This document shows, one piece after another, positions 29,539 to 40,833 of a DNA stretch of 64,000 bases. Below the pieces are notes generated by a model. The model was not told the DNA's origin. It did not search any database and saw nothing but the letters and a program-made list of their open reading frames with translations. The DNA lies in the NCBI RefSeq assembly GCF_030384885.1, contig NZ_CP128613.1. One strand, written 5' to 3'. The position numbers and the translations under genes were made by a program. Position 1 is the stretch's first letter; the number at the start of each line of letters is the position of its first letter. The DNA comes from Escherichia coli. GTDB taxonomy: Bacteria > Pseudomonadota > Gammaproteobacteria > Enterobacterales > Enterobacteriaceae.

Positions 29539-30249
29539 CTACAGATTAATGATGAGATCCACGGCCTCAAATCGCCAATATTCAATATCTATCTGGACAA
29601 TATTGCCTTGCTGGTCAGCGCGATGTTTTTCAATTAAGATCGCAGGCATGCCCGCTGAACCGCCAAGAAATTTACTGATATCACCCGGCATTCTTACGGG
29701 TTTGAAAACCAGTTTTTTTACTACCGTCTCTTTTTGGTAGCATTTTTCCCAGACTGAAGAAAATGAGTGGTTTTCAAGTTGCTCTATAAAACCTGGGGCA
29801 ACTTCAGGATTAATATATGTTTCGTGATAGAAAACTTTATGTCCTTCCAGCGCCCCCCAGCCGGTAATGCGATAGAGTTCAGTTGATGGCGTCACTGCAA
29901 CCAGTGGCGCGAGCGTCTCGGGAATGTCGCTGGTACGGCTTTTCTCAGTAAAGCCCCAGGAAGGTTCCCGCCCTTGCTCAATTGCGGCCCGCTGAAAGCT
30001 CGCCGACAGCTCCGGACTGTAATTAAATCGCGGCTGAGTCACGAACCACCCTTTACGATCCTTACGGAAAATTTTGGATTCTGCCTCAAGGTTCAGCAAC
30101 GCCTGGCGTAACGTCATACGTTTAATGCCCAGCAACTCTCCCAGCTCTCTTTCTGAAGGGAGTTTTCCACCCGGCGTGGTGATGCCATCTTTCAACCACC
30201 GATCCAGTTTCTCTTTTGCATTTTCTACGGTGGATTGATTCTCCGCCAT
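29539..30249 (-). CDS. yihL: GntR-family transcriptional regulator
   Basis: N-terminal GntR HTH (ERELGELLGIKRMTLRQAL) plus UTRA-like C-terminal domain. Confidence 0.85.
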   Translation of the reverse strand: MAENQSTVENAKEKLDRWLKDGITTPGGKLPSERELGELLGIKRMTLRQALLNLEAESKIFRKDRKGWFVTQPRFNYSPELSASFQRAAIEQGREPSWGFTEKSRTSDIPETLAPLVAVTPSTELYRITGWGALEGHKVFYHETYINPEVAPGFIEQLENHSFSSVWEKCYQKETVVKKLVFKPVRMPGDISKFLGGSAGMPAILIEKHRADQQGNIVQIDIEYWRFEAVDLIINL

Positions 30250-30465
30250 TGTTTAATCCTTTTGGTTTAAACCAGATGAGGCATCTTACGCTTACGCCAA
30301 AAAAGAAAGCAATTAACAGCGTATGACTTTGCAGATAATTGTGACAAAGCTCTCTATTGACGTAACCACAAACTTATAAGGGAGATACTCGCACTGGTGA
30401 GAACTTACGACAGGCAAAAAAAAACCTGCCATCACTGGCAGGTTTTTTATGACTAAAAAACGAAA

Positions 30466-32289
30466 TTAATCGTCTTTCGGTGCGCGGTTGGCGCGACGAC
30501 GATCGTTTTCCGTCAGGTGACGTTTACGAATACGGATAGAGGTCGGAGTCACTTCTACCAGTTCGTCATCATCGATGAACTCCAGCGCTTGTTCCAGAGT
30601 CATGCGGATAGGCGGAACCAGAACAACGGCTTCGTCAGTACCGGAAGCACGCATGTTGGTCAGTTTCTTACCGGTCAGACAGTTTACAGTCAGGTCGTTA
30701 GAGCGGCTATGAATACCGATAATCTGACCTTCGTAAACTTCTGCACCGTGACCGAGGAACAGCTTACCGCGATCCTGCAGACCGAACAGCGCGAACGCGA
30801 CCGCTTTACCCTGACCGTTAGAGATCAGTACGCCGTTCTGACGCTGACCCACTTCACCCGGACGTACGTCGTCATAGTGGCTGAAGGTGGAGTACAACAG
30901 ACCCGTACCAGAGGTCATGGTCATGAACTCAGAACGGAAGCCAATCAGACCACGGCTTGGGATCACGTAGTCGAGACGTACGCGGCCTTTACCGTCTGGA
31001 TTCATGTTTTTCAGGTCGCCTTTACGTTCGCCCAGCGCCTGCATCACAGAACCCTGATGCTGTTCTTCAACGTCCAGCGTCACGTTTTCATACGGCTCTT
31101 GTTTACGACCGTCGATTTCACGGAAGATAACTTTCGGACGGGATACCGCCAGTTCGAAACCTTCACGACGCATGTTTTCGATCAGAACAGACAGGTGCAG
31201 TTCGCCACGACCAGAAACGCGGAACGCATCGGCGTCTTCAGTTTCTTCTACGCGCAGCGCAACGTTGTGTACCAGTTCTTTGTTCAGACGATCCAGAATC
31301 TGACGAGACGTTACGAACTTACCTTCTTTACCGCAGAACGGTGAGGTGTTAACGCAGAAGAACATAGAAACGGTCGGCTCATCAACGGAGAGTGCCGGCA
31401 GCGCTTCAACGTTTTGCGTGTCGCAAACGGTGTCAGAAATGTTCAGTTCGCCCAGGCCCGTGATCGCCACGATATCGCCAGCTTCCGCCAGATCGGTTTC
31501 GATACGTTCCAGACCGAGGTGGCCCAGCACTTTACCGACTTTCGCGTTGCGGGTTTTGCCTTCGCTATCGATGATAGTAACTTGCTGGTTCGGCTTCACT
31601 TTACCGCGCTTGATGCGGCCAATGCCGATAACGCCAACATAGCTGTTGTAATCGAGCTGAGAAATCTGCATCTGGAACGGACCGTCAAGGTCAACGTCCG
31701 GCGCAGGAACGTGGTCAACAATTGCCTGATACAGCGGGGTCATGTCTTCCGCCATATCTTCGTGGTCCAGACCGGCGATACCGTTCAGCGCAGAAGCGTA
31801 AACGATCGGGAAGTCCAGCTGCTCGTCGGTCGCGTCGAGGTTAACGAACAGATCGAATACCTGATCCACAACCCAATCAGGACGCGCGCCAGGGCGGTCA
31901 ACTTTGTTGATAACAACAATTGGCTTCAGGCCGTAAGCAAACGCTTTTTTGGTTACGAAGCGCGTTTGCGGCATCGGGCCGTCAAATGCGTCAACCACCA
32001 GCAGCACTGAGTCTACCATGGACATTACACGTTCAACTTCACCACCGAAGTCGGCGTGCCCCGGGGTATCAACGATGTTGATACGGTAATCATTCCATTT
32101 GATAGCGGTGTTTTTCGCGAGGATGGTAATCCCACGCTCTTTCTCCAAATCGTTGGAGTCCATCACGCGCTCTTGGGTTTCGGCACGAGAGTCGAACGTA
32201 CCAGATTGTTGGAGCAGCTTGTCTACCAGGGTGGTTTTACCATGGTCTACGTGCGCGATGATGGCGATATTACGCAATTTTTCGATCAC
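30466..32289 (-). CDS. typA: Ribosome-associated translational GTPase BipA/TypA
   Basis: G1 motif [10 protein letters not shown]3 DTPGH, NKVD; 607 aa. Confidence 0.95.
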   Translation of the reverse strand: MIEKLRNIAIIAHVDHGKTTLVDKLLQQSGTFDSRAETQERVMDSNDLEKERGITILAKNTAIKWNDYRINIVDTPGHADFGGEVERVMSMVDSVLLVVDAFDGPMPQTRFVTKKAFAYGLKPIVVINKVDRPGARPDWVVDQVFDLFVNLDATDEQLDFPIVYASALNGIAGLDHEDMAEDMTPLYQAIVDHVPAPDVDLDGPFQMQISQLDYNSYVGVIGIGRIKRGKVKPNQQVTIIDSEGKTRNAKVGKVLGHLGLERIETDLAEAGDIVAITGLGELNISDTVCDTQNVEALPALSVDEPTVSMFFCVNTSPFCGKEGKFVTSRQILDRLNKELVHNVALRVEETEDADAFRVSGRGELHLSVLIENMRREGFELAVSRPKVIFREIDGRKQEPYENVTLDVEEQHQGSVMQALGERKGDLKNMNPDGKGRVRLDYVIPSRGLIGFRSEFMTMTSGTGLLYSTFSHYDDVRPGEVGQRQNGVLISNGQGKAVAFALFGLQDRGKLFLGHGAEVYEGQIIGIHSRSNDLTVNCLTGKKLTNMRASGTDEAVVLVPPIRMTLEQALEFIDDDELVEVTPTSIRIRKRHLTENDRRRANRAPKDD

Positions 32290-32439
32290 AACTTTGCCTC
32301 AGGCATTAGAAATAGCGCGTTATTGTACACGGATTAATCGCACTACAAAACAGGATCACAAACATCCTCCGCAAACAAGTATTGCAGAGTCCCTTTGTGA
32401 TCGCTTTCACGGAGCATAAAAAGGGTTATCCAAAGGTCA

Positions 32440-32590
32440 TTGCACCAATATGGTGCTTAATGTTTCCATTGAAGCACTATATTGGTGCAACATTCACATC
32501 ATGGTGCAGCCCTTTTGCACGATGTTAAGCATGATAACGCCTTTTAGGGGCAATTTAAAAGTTGGCACAGTTTTCGCTTTATCTTTTTTA
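32440..32590 (+). promoter_or_regulatory. glnA control region: NtrC enhancer sites and sigma-54 promoter glnAp2
   Basis: tgcaccaatatggtgc (32440-32455), gcactatattggtgca (32473-32488), tggtgcagcccttttgcac (32501-32519), and sigma-54 -24/-12 ttggcacagttttcgct (32561-32577). Confidence 0.75.
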
Positions 32591-32661
32591 CGGCGACACG
32601 GCCAAAATAATTGCAGATTTCGTTACCACGACGACCATGACCAATCCAGGAGAGTTAAAGT

Positions 32662-34071
32662 ATGTCCGCTGAACACGTACTGACGATGCTGAACGAGCAC
32701 GAAGTGAAGTTTGTTGATTTGCGCTTCACCGATACCAAAGGTAAAGAACAGCACGTCACTATCCCTGCTCATCAGGTGAATGCTGAATTCTTCGAAGAAG
32801 GCAAAATGTTTGACGGCTCCTCGATTGGCGGCTGGAAAGGCATTAACGAATCCGACATGGTGCTGATGCCAGACGCATCCACCGCAGTGATTGACCCGTT
32901 CTTCGCCGATTCTACCCTGATTATCCGTTGCGATATCCTTGAACCAGGCACCCTGCAAGGCTATGACCGTGACCCGCGTTCCATCGCGAAGCGCGCTGAA
33001 GATTACCTGCGTTCTACTGGCATTGCCGACACCGTACTGTTCGGGCCAGAACCTGAATTCTTCCTGTTCGATGACATCCGTTTCGGATCTTCTATCTCCG
33101 GTTCCCACGTTGCTATCGACGATATCGAAGGCGCATGGAACTCCTCCACCCAATACGAAGGTGGTAACAAAGGTCACCGTCCGGCAGTGAAAGGCGGTTA
33201 CTTCCCGGTGCCACCAGTAGACTCTGCTCAGGATATTCGTTCTGAAATGTGTCTGGTGATGGAACAGATGGGTCTGGTGGTTGAAGCCCATCACCACGAA
33301 GTAGCGACTGCTGGTCAGAACGAAGTGGCTACCCGCTTCAATACCATGACCAAAAAAGCTGACGAAATTCAGATCTACAAATATGTTGTGCACAACGTGG
33401 CGCACCGCTTCGGTAAAACCGCGACCTTTATGCCAAAACCGATGTTCGGTGATAACGGCTCCGGTATGCACTGCCACATGTCGCTGTCTAAAAACGGCGT
33501 TAACCTGTTCGCAGGCGACAAATACGCAGGTCTGTCTGAGCAGGCGCTGTACTACATTGGCGGCGTAATCAAACACGCTAAAGCGATTAACGCCCTGGCA
33601 AACCCGACCACCAACTCTTATAAGCGTCTGGTCCCGGGCTACGAAGCACCGGTAATGCTGGCTTACTCTGCACGCAACCGTTCTGCGTCTATCCGTATTC
33701 CGGTGGTTTCTTCTCCGAAAGCACGTCGTATCGAAGTCCGTTTCCCGGACCCAGCGGCTAACCCGTACCTGTGCTTTGCTGCCCTGCTGATGGCCGGTCT
33801 TGATGGCATCAAGAACAAGATCCACCCAGGCGAAGCCATGGACAAAAACCTGTATGACCTGCCGCCAGAAGAAGCGAAAGAGATCCCACAGGTTGCAGGC
33901 TCTCTGGAAGAAGCACTGAACGAACTGGATCTGGACCGCGAGTTCCTGAAAGCCGGTGGCGTGTTCACTGACGAAGCCATTGATGCGTACATCGCTCTGC
34001 GTCGCGAAGAAAATGACCGCGTGCGTATGACTCCGCATCCGGTAGAGTTTGAGCTGTACTACAGCGTCTAA
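32662..34071 (+). CDS. glnA: Glutamine synthetase
   Basis: 469-aa [27 protein letters not shown]... Confidence 0.97.
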   Translation: MSAEHVLTMLNEHEVKFVDLRFTDTKGKEQHVTIPAHQVNAEFFEEGKMFDGSSIGGWKGINESDMVLMPDASTAVIDPFFADSTLIIRCDILEPGTLQGYDRDPRSIAKRAEDYLRSTGIADTVLFGPEPEFFLFDDIRFGSSISGSHVAIDDIEGAWNSSTQYEGGNKGHRPAVKGGYFPVPPVDSAQDIRSEMCLVMEQMGLVVEAHHHEVATAGQNEVATRFNTMTKKADEIQIYKYVVHNVAHRFGKTATFMPKPMFGDNGSGMHCHMSLSKNGVNLFAGDKYAGLSEQALYYIGGVIKHAKAINALANPTTNSYKRLVPGYEAPVMLAYSARNRSASIRIPVVSSPKARRIEVRFPDPAANPYLCFAALLMAGLDGIKNKIHPGEAMDKNLYDLPPEEAKEIPQVAGSLEEALNELDLDREFLKAGGVFTDEAIDAYIALRREENDRVRMTPHPVEFELYYSV

Positions 34072-34245
34072 TAGTTGAAGTTGTACTACCCGGTGCAAAG
34101 AAGGCCGGGATTTAGTTGCCGTGGAAACTTTCAGCCCATCTCTGCATGGGCTTTTTTCTCCGTAACTTCTTTGATGCTTCGCGCTTTTTATCCGTAAAAA
34201 GCTATAATGCACTAAAATGGTGCAACCTGTTCAGGAGACTGCTTT

Positions 34246-35295
34246 ATGGCAACAGGCACGCAGCCCGATGCTGGGCAGATCCTCAACTCGCTGATTAACA
34301 GTATTTTGTTAATCGATGACAACCTGGCGATCCATTACGCCAACCCCGCCGCGCAACAACTGCTCGCCCAAAGCTCCCGCAAATTGTTTGGTACACCGTT
34401 ACCGGAACTGTTGAGCTACTTCTCATTAAATATCGAGCTGATGCAAGAAAGTCTGGAGGCGGGGCAAGGTTTTACCGATAACGAAGTGACGCTGGTCATC
34501 GACGGGCGCTCGCATATCCTTTCTGTGACGGCCCAGCGTATGCCGGACGGCATGATCCTGCTGGAGATGGCACCGATGGATAACCAGCGCCGCTTAAGTC
34601 AGGAACAGCTACAGCACGCCCAGCAGGTTGCTGCCCGTGATTTAGTGCGCGGCCTGGCACATGAGATTAAAAATCCGCTTGGCGGTTTACGTGGTGCAGC
34701 GCAGCTGCTCAGCAAAGCATTACCTGACCCGTCACTGCTGGAATATACCAAAGTGATTATTGAACAGGCGGATCGGCTGCGAAATCTGGTCGACCGTCTG
34801 TTGGGGCCGCAACTGCCCGGTACGCGCGTTACCGAAAGTATTCACAAAGTGGCTGAACGCGTGGTGACGCTGGTGTCGATGGAACTGCCGGACAACGTGC
34901 GGTTGATTCGTGATTACGACCCCAGCCTGCCGGAACTGGCGCACGATCCGGATCAAATTGAACAGGTATTGCTGAATATTGTGCGCAATGCGCTACAGGC
35001 GCTGGGGCCGGAAGGTGGTGAAATCATTCTGCGTACCCGCACCGCGTTTCAACTGACCTTACACGGCGAGCGCTATCGGCTGGCGGCGCGGATTGATGTG
35101 GAAGATAACGGGCCAGGCATTCCGCCTCATTTGCAGGATACGCTGTTTTACCCGATGGTCAGCGGCCGCGAAGGTGGCACCGGGCTTGGCTTATCCATCG
35201 CCCGTAATTTGATTGATCAGCATTCAGGCAAAATTGAATTTACCAGTTGGCCAGGTCATACCGAGTTCTCGGTTTACCTGCCTATCAGGAAATAA
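34246..35295 (+). CDS. glnL: Nitrogen regulation sensor histidine kinase NtrB
   Basis: PAS domain plus H-box (HEIKNPL) and ATPase domain; 349 aa. Confidence 0.95.
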
Positions 35296-35306
35296 AGGTG
35301 ACGTTT

Positions 35307-36716
35307 ATGCAACGAGGGATAGTCTGGGTAGTCGATGACGATAGTTCCATCCGTTGGGTGCTTGAACGTGCGCTCGCTGGAGCGGGTTTAACCTGTACGA
35401 CATTTGAGAACGGCGCGGAAGTACTGGAGGCGCTGGCGAGCAAAACGCCGGATGTGCTGCTTTCAGATATCCGTATGCCGGGAATGGACGGGCTTGCGCT
35501 GCTCAAGCAGATTAAACAGCGCCATCCGATGCTTCCGGTCATCATTATGACCGCACATTCCGATCTGGATGCTGCCGTCAGCGCCTATCAACAAGGGGCG
35601 TTTGATTATCTGCCCAAACCATTTGATATCGACGAAGCCGTGGCGCTGGTTGAGCGCGCCATCAGCCATTATCAGGAACAGCAGCAACCGCGTAATGTTC
35701 AGCTTAACGGCCCGACGACCGATATCATCGGCGAAGCGCCAGCCATGCAGGACGTGTTCCGGATTATCGGTCGGCTTTCACGTTCTTCTATTAGCGTGCT
35801 GATTAACGGCGAATCCGGCACCGGTAAAGAACTGGTCGCTCATGCCCTGCATCGCCACAGTCCTCGAGCCAAAGCGCCGTTTATCGCGCTGAATATGGCG
35901 GCTATCCCGAAGGATTTGATCGAATCAGAACTGTTCGGTCACGAGAAAGGCGCGTTTACCGGCGCGAATACTATTCGTCAGGGGCGTTTTGAACAGGCCG
36001 ATGGCGGCACGTTATTCCTCGATGAAATTGGCGATATGCCGCTCGATGTACAGACGCGTTTGCTGCGCGTGCTGGCAGACGGTCAGTTTTATCGCGTTGG
36101 CGGCTATGCGCCGGTGAAAGTGGATGTGCGGATTATCGCTGCGACCCATCAGAATCTCGAACAGCGGGTACAGGAAGGCAAGTTCCGTGAGGATTTGTTC
36201 CACCGCCTGAACGTTATCCGCGTTCATCTGCCGCCATTGCGCGAGCGTCGGGAAGATATTCCCCGCCTGGCGCGCCATTTCCTGCAGGTTGCCGCGCGCG
36301 AACTGGGCGTAGAAGCGAAGTTGCTGCATCCGGAAACCGAAGCCGCGCTGACGCGTCTGGCGTGGCCGGGTAACGTACGCCAGCTGGAAAACACCTGTCG
36401 CTGGCTAACGGTGATGGCCGCCGGGCAGGAAGTGTTGATTCAGGATTTGCCTGGCGAACTGTTTGAATCAACCGTAGCGGAAAGCCCTTCGCAATTACAG
36501 CCGGACAGTTGGGCAACGCTGTTAGCGCAGTGGGCAGACAGAGCGCTGCGTTCCGGTCATCAAAACCTGCTTTCCGAAGCGCAGCCTGAGCTTGAGCGGA
36601 CGTTACTGACGACCGCGTTGCGACATACGCAGGGGCATAAACAGGAAGCGGCGCGGCTGCTTGGCTGGGGTCGCAACACACTGACACGTAAGTTAAAAGA
36701 GCTGGGGATGGAGTGA
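35307..36716 (+). CDS. glnG: Nitrogen regulation response regulator NtrC (sigma-54 enhancer-binding protein)
   Basis: Start at the internal ATG ([12 protein letters not shown]); receiver domain, AAA+ motifs GESGTGKE and GAFTGA, C-terminal HTH. Confidence 0.95.
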   Translation: MQRGIVWVVDDDSSIRWVLERALAGAGLTCTTFENGAEVLEALASKTPDVLLSDIRMPGMDGLALLKQIKQRHPMLPVIIMTAHSDLDAAVSAYQQGAFDYLPKPFDIDEAVALVERAISHYQEQQQPRNVQLNGPTTDIIGEAPAMQDVFRIIGRLSRSSISVLINGESGTGKELVAHALHRHSPRAKAPFIALNMAAIPKDLIESELFGHEKGAFTGANTIRQGRFEQADGGTLFLDEIGDMPLDVQTRLLRVLADGQFYRVGGYAPVKVDVRIIAATHQNLEQRVQEGKFREDLFHRLNVIRVHLPPLRERREDIPRLARHFLQVAARELGVEAKLLHPETEAALTRLAWPGNVRQLENTCRWLTVMAAGQEVLIQDLPGELFESTVAESPSQLQPDSWATLLAQWADRALRSGHQNLLSEAQPELERTLLTTALRHTQGHKQEAARLLGWGRNTLTRKLKELGME

Positions 36717-36950
36717 TTCACGGCTTGTGTGTAAAGATTGATTATTGAGCGCAAATTGCTGGTATTTTGCGCTTTACTGTTCCGATAAGTTCAGTATGAT
36801 CTTGCCCGGAAAACGGGGAGAGTCATTATGCTGGAATCAATAATTAATCTGGTATCGAGTGGCGCAGTTGACAGCCACACACCGCAAACTGCCGTTGCTG
36901 CCGTGCTGTGTGCTGCGATGATTGGGCTGTTTAGCTGAAGCTCGTTGTTT

Positions 36951-37055
36951 ATGCCGGATGCGGAGAAAGTCGTAGGCCTGATAAGACGCGACCAGCGTCG
37001 CATCAGGCATCATGCTCAGATGCCGGATGCAGCGTAAACGCCTTATCCGGCCTAC
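36951..37055. repeat. BIME (REP cluster) between glnG and hemN
   Basis: Several REP units, e.g. gtaggcctgataagacgcgaccagcgtcgcatcaggc and tgccggatgcagcgtaaacgccttatccggcctac. Confidence 0.7.
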
Positions 37056-37166
37056 AAAAGCAATAATTTCAACAGGTTTTCTTAACCAGCGCATCAGGCA
37101 ATCTTGTTCTCAGCACATTGATGGCGCTTTCGTTTTCTACTTTGTAAACGAAGCGCCATTCACCAT

Positions 37167-38540
37167 TTAAATCACCCGTGAGAACTGCTGCATCCGCGCT
37201 TTCTGGCGCAGATAGGTATCAAAGCACATGCAAATGTTGCGGATCAGCAGGCGACCTTTCGCCGTTACCTGAATCCCCTTCTCATCCACATCCACCAGCC
37301 CATCTTTTGCTAACGGGGCAAGCAGCTTGAGATCTTCTGCAAAGTAATCAGCGAAGTGCAAATCCCACTGTTGCTCAATGGGGGCGTAATCCAGACGGAA
37401 GTTGCAGATGAGCGACTTAATCACATCGCGGCGAATACAGTCATCACGCGTTAGCGCAATACCACGCCACAGCGCATTGCCTTGTTCATCCACTTGCTGA
37501 TAGTACTGCTTCAACTCTTTCTGGTTCTGCGCGTAGCAGTCGCCAATCATGCTGATGGCGGAAACGCCCATCCCCAGCAGATCGGTATCGCCCTGAGTGG
37601 TGTAGCCCTGGAAGTTACGATGCAGCACGCCTTCACGCTGGGCCACCGCCAGCTCGTCATCCGGGCGAGCAAAGTGATCCATACCGATAAACTGATAGCC
37701 CGATTGTGTCAGGAAGGCGATGGTTTCCTGCAGGATATCGAGTTTTTGCTGCGGACTCGGCAGGTCAGCATCTTTGATTTTACGCTGAGCAGCAAAAATG
37801 GTCGGCAAATGCGCGTAGTTAAAGACACTCAGGCGATCGGGGTTAAGTTCCGCCACGCGTTTCAGGGTAAAGGCGAAACTCTCCGGCGTCTGTTTCGGCA
37901 GGCCGTAAATCAGGTCGATGTTGGTGGAGGTAAAGCCAATCTCACGCGCATGGTTAAGCAGTGCAAAGATGAAATCTTCATCCTGCTCGCGGTTAACCAG
38001 ACGTTGCACTTCTTTGTTGAAGTCCTGCACGCCCATGCTCAGGCGATTAAAGCCTTCGGCGCGTAAATGATCGAGTACATCCAGTTCGATTTCCCGCGGA
38101 TCGACTTCGATCGAAATCTCCGCATCGGCATTGAACTGGAAGTTTTCGCGCAGCAACTTCATCAGTCGGCTGATTTGCGCTTTGTTCAGATACGTCGGCG
38201 TACCTCCGCCCCAGTGCAATTGGCTGATGTGACGCCCGGCGAACAGCGGTGCACGATGGACGATTTCTTGCTCCAGTGCGTCCAGATACTGATCGGCCTT
38301 GTGCTGCTGGCGAGTCACTATCTTATTGCAACCGCAGAAGTAACAAAGCTTATGGCAGAACGGAATATGTACGTAGAGAGATAATGGACGCTCAGGATAG
38401 CGCGCCACGGCTTGTAAAAACGCCTGTTCGCCGAAGTCTTCTGAAAACTCCAGCGCGGTCGGGTACGAGGTGTATCGTGGCCCGGAATAGTTATATTTCT
38501 GGATCAGGGCCAGATCCCAGTCGATTTGCTGTACAGACAT
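37167..38540 (-). CDS. hemN: Oxygen-independent coproporphyrinogen III oxidase (radical SAM)
   Basis: CxxxCxxC radical-SAM motif (CHKLCYFCGC); ~457 aa from the internal ATG. Confidence 0.93.
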   Translation of the reverse strand: MSVQQIDWDLALIQKYNYSGPRYTSYPTALEFSEDFGEQAFLQAVARYPERPLSLYVHIPFCHKLCYFCGCNKIVTRQQHKADQYLDALEQEIVHRAPLFAGRHISQLHWGGGTPTYLNKAQISRLMKLLRENFQFNADAEISIEVDPREIELDVLDHLRAEGFNRLSMGVQDFNKEVQRLVNREQDEDFIFALLNHAREIGFTSTNIDLIYGLPKQTPESFAFTLKRVAELNPDRLSVFNYAHLPTIFAAQRKIKDADLPSPQQKLDILQETIAFLTQSGYQFIGMDHFARPDDELAVAQREGVLHRNFQGYTTQGDTDLLGMGVSAISMIGDCYAQNQKELKQYYQQVDEQGNALWRGIALTRDDCIRRDVIKSLICNFRLDYAPIEQQWDLHFADYFAEDLKLLAPLAKDGLVDVDEKGIQVTAKGRLLIRNICMCFDTYLRQKARMQQFSRVI

Positions 38541-38728
38541 GCTCACTCCTTCCGATGGCGTCTCTGGCGGCTACGGCGTACCGGCGGATGCCCGTTTCGG
38601 GTCATCAGCCGGTTGCGCAGCCACTTTTGTCGCCGCGACAACCGCTGTAGTTTAACGAATAACCACACCAGATAACATATAACCGGAAGGGTTATCAGCA
38701 GAACGGGAAGGCCCACGGCGGCAATCCG

Positions 38729-39238
38729 TTAGTTGCCCCGCAGCAGACGCATCATGTCTTCTTGCTTCTCGTCTTCTTCCTCTTCTTCGTCATCGTCATA
38801 AGAGAGGCCGAGTTTCTGCATCAACTCATCAATACGATCCAGTTTGGCATCCACCCAGGATTGCTCTTCGGCGCTCAGGGTTTCGCCTGCCTCCAGACGT
38901 TCCAGCAGCGCATCCAGACGCTCATCCGTTTCCAGTAACTCCAACTCCGCCTGCGGTGAAAGCATAGGTTTCTCACTCTTCGGTTTGTGCTGTTTGGTGA
39001 CTTTTTCAGTCACGCCCAATGGAATAGGGGTTTTACTGCCAATACGTGGATCTTTCGGTGCGTTCTGGCCTTTGCTGCCTGACGTGGTGTTACCGCCCGC
39101 TGCGCGGCTGCCCGGCGCATGACCACGACGTTTTTTCTGACGCTTACGGTCACGAGCTTCCTGATCCAGCTCCTCGCGTGTTTTTCGACGCGCTTTTGCA
39201 TGACCTTTGCTGCGTGAGTTTGAAGATGATGGTTTCAT
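38729..39238 (-). CDS. yihI: Der GTPase-activating protein YihI
   Basis: Basic N-terminus and acidic C-terminus; start chosen at [12 protein letters not shown] (169 aa). Confidence 0.88.
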   Translation of the reverse strand: MKPSSSNSRSKGHAKARRKTREELDQEARDRKRQKKRRGHAPGSRAAGGNTTSGSKGQNAPKDPRIGSKTPIPLGVTEKVTKQHKPKSEKPMLSPQAELELLETDERLDALLERLEAGETLSAEEQSWVDAKLDRIDELMQKLGLSYDDDEEEEEDEKQEDMMRLLRGN

Positions 39239-39307
39239 AATGGTTCGTCTTTTAGCCGTTTTATTCAGTATAGATTTGCGGCGGAATCTAACAGAAAGCA
39301 AGCAAAG

Positions 39308-39549
39308 AAAAAAGGCGACAGATTACTCTGTCGCCTTTTTTCCTGACTCATAACCCTTAACGGGTCTTACAATCCTTGCAGGCCGCCAACACACCCTGTT
39401 TTTCCATTAGCCGGAACAATCCGTGTTGATTCCATTTCCGTTTAATTACGTCTCCGGACGTTTGTCTTCCTGACAATCCTCTGTCTTCGCCTCCTGGCGC
39501 TCCTGACCCTCATCCTGAGTCATTGTTCCTGTTAGCGTCCTCGCTCTAT
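39308..39549 (-). ncRNA. csrC: CsrC small RNA (CsrA-sequestering)
   Basis: Reverse complement matches the CsrC sequence as I remember it (5' ATAGAGCGAGGACGC ... 3' GTCGCCTTTTTTC), with multiple GGA motifs and a Rho-independent terminator; lies between yihI and engB. Confidence 0.8.
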
Positions 39550-39819
39550 GGGTGCTACTTTACGCCTTTGCTTTAAACAAACAATCAACCGCCATCAGTA
39601 TTTGCACATTTTCAGAGTTTTATATAAAAGCAATTAACTGATTTATATAGCTTATTTGACATGCATCGCAGAATTTTCTCTGCTATTTCGCATAAAGACT
39701 ATCGGCAATGTCTCACAAAGCGTATGGCTTTTACTTACAACGCTCACGCCGAAAAATCCGCCTTTTATTATGGTTCAGGTATAATCGCCGCAAAGCTTTG
39801 ACTGACGGAGACGACCGCT

Positions 39820-40452
39820 TTGACTAATTTGAATTATCAACAGACGCATTTTGTGATGAGTGCGCCTGATATTCGCCACCTACCTTCCGATACCGGAATT
39901 GAAGTGGCTTTTGCAGGCCGTTCCAACGCAGGTAAATCCAGCGCGCTGAACACGCTGACTAACCAGAAAAGCCTGGCGCGGACCTCAAAAACCCCAGGGC
40001 GCACCCAGCTTATCAACCTGTTTGAAGTGGCTGACGGCAAGCGTCTGGTTGACCTGCCCGGCTATGGCTACGCGGAAGTCCCGGAAGAGATGAAGCGCAA
40101 ATGGCAACGCGCGCTCGGCGAATACCTCGAAAAACGTCAGAGCCTGCAAGGCCTGGTGGTACTCATGGATATTCGCCATCCGTTGAAAGACCTCGATCAG
40201 CAGATGATTGAGTGGGCGGTAGACAGTAATATCGCCGTACTGGTGCTGCTGACCAAAGCGGACAAACTGGCAAGCGGCGCACGTAAAGCACAATTGAATA
40301 TGGTGCGTGAAGCAGTGCTGGCGTTTAACGGTGATGTGCAGGTTGAAACGTTCTCTTCGCTGAAGAAGCAAGGCGTGGACAAGCTGCGGCAGAAACTGGA
40401 TACCTGGTTTAGCGAGATGCAGCCTGTCGAAGAAACGCAGGACGGCGAATAA
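39820..40452 (+). CDS. engB: Ribosome biogenesis GTPase EngB/YsxC
   Basis: TTG start; G1 motif GRSNAGKSS; 210 aa. Confidence 0.93.
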
Positions 40453-40469
40453 TTTTCTTGCCTTAATGC

Positions 40470-40555
40470 TTGTGCCGGATGTGGCGTATCCGGCCGGTAA
40501 ATTCAATAGATTACGATTCTACCGTTGGCCTGATAAACATGGCGCATCAGGCATT
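40470..40555. repeat. REP-like palindromes / terminator region downstream of engB
   Basis: gccggatgtggcgtatccggcc and gcctgataaacatggcgcatcaggc. Confidence 0.55.
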
Positions 40556-40577
40556 ACAGATCTTTTCTTTCGCCCAA

Positions 40578-40686
40578 TAAAAAACGCCCCAGTCATTACT
40601 GACTGGGGCGGCTAAAATATTCAGCCAAATCCGATTACGTGAAGTAAAAGGTCTGAAAGATAGAACATCTTACCTCTGTACCCTAC
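40578..40686 (-). ncRNA. spf: Spot 42 small RNA
   Basis: Reverse complement reads GTAGGGTACAGAGGTAAGATGTTCTATCTTTCAGACC...CCCCAGTCAGTAATGACTGGGGCGTTTTTTA; lies between engB and polA. Confidence 0.88.
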
Positions 40687-40833
40687 GCGACTAACTTTAC
40701 TCTTTTTTGTTCAGTTCAGAAAGCATTTTTTGTAATTTTTTTTCAGTTGTTGCATAGGAATTTCTAATAGCCATCACAAAACGTGACAGCTTATGTTGCT
40801 TACTTACGAAAAAAGGGCATGTTCAGGCGAATC

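Noticed and set aside
32623-34212. Long antisense ORFs opposite well-supported genes (e.g. the 529-aa minus-strand ORF opposite glnA; 60729-61742 opposite fadB; 30517-32010 opposite typA; 1146-1997 opposite fdoG; 22367-23218 opposite yihQ; 37482-38066 opposite hemN; 56505-57221 opposite trkH; 58180-59166 opposite pepQ; 42902-43393 opposite polA; 9825-10406 opposite the phosphatase-like gene)
   Set aside because: The opposite strand carries a recognisable conserved protein in each case; these are shadow ORFs with no ribosome-binding site or recognisable domain.
34072-34245. A possible glnA 3'-UTR-derived small RNA in the glnA-glnL spacer
   Set aside because: I could not recall its sequence well enough to anchor it; the spacer also carries the glnL promoter, so I left it unannotated rather than guess boundaries.
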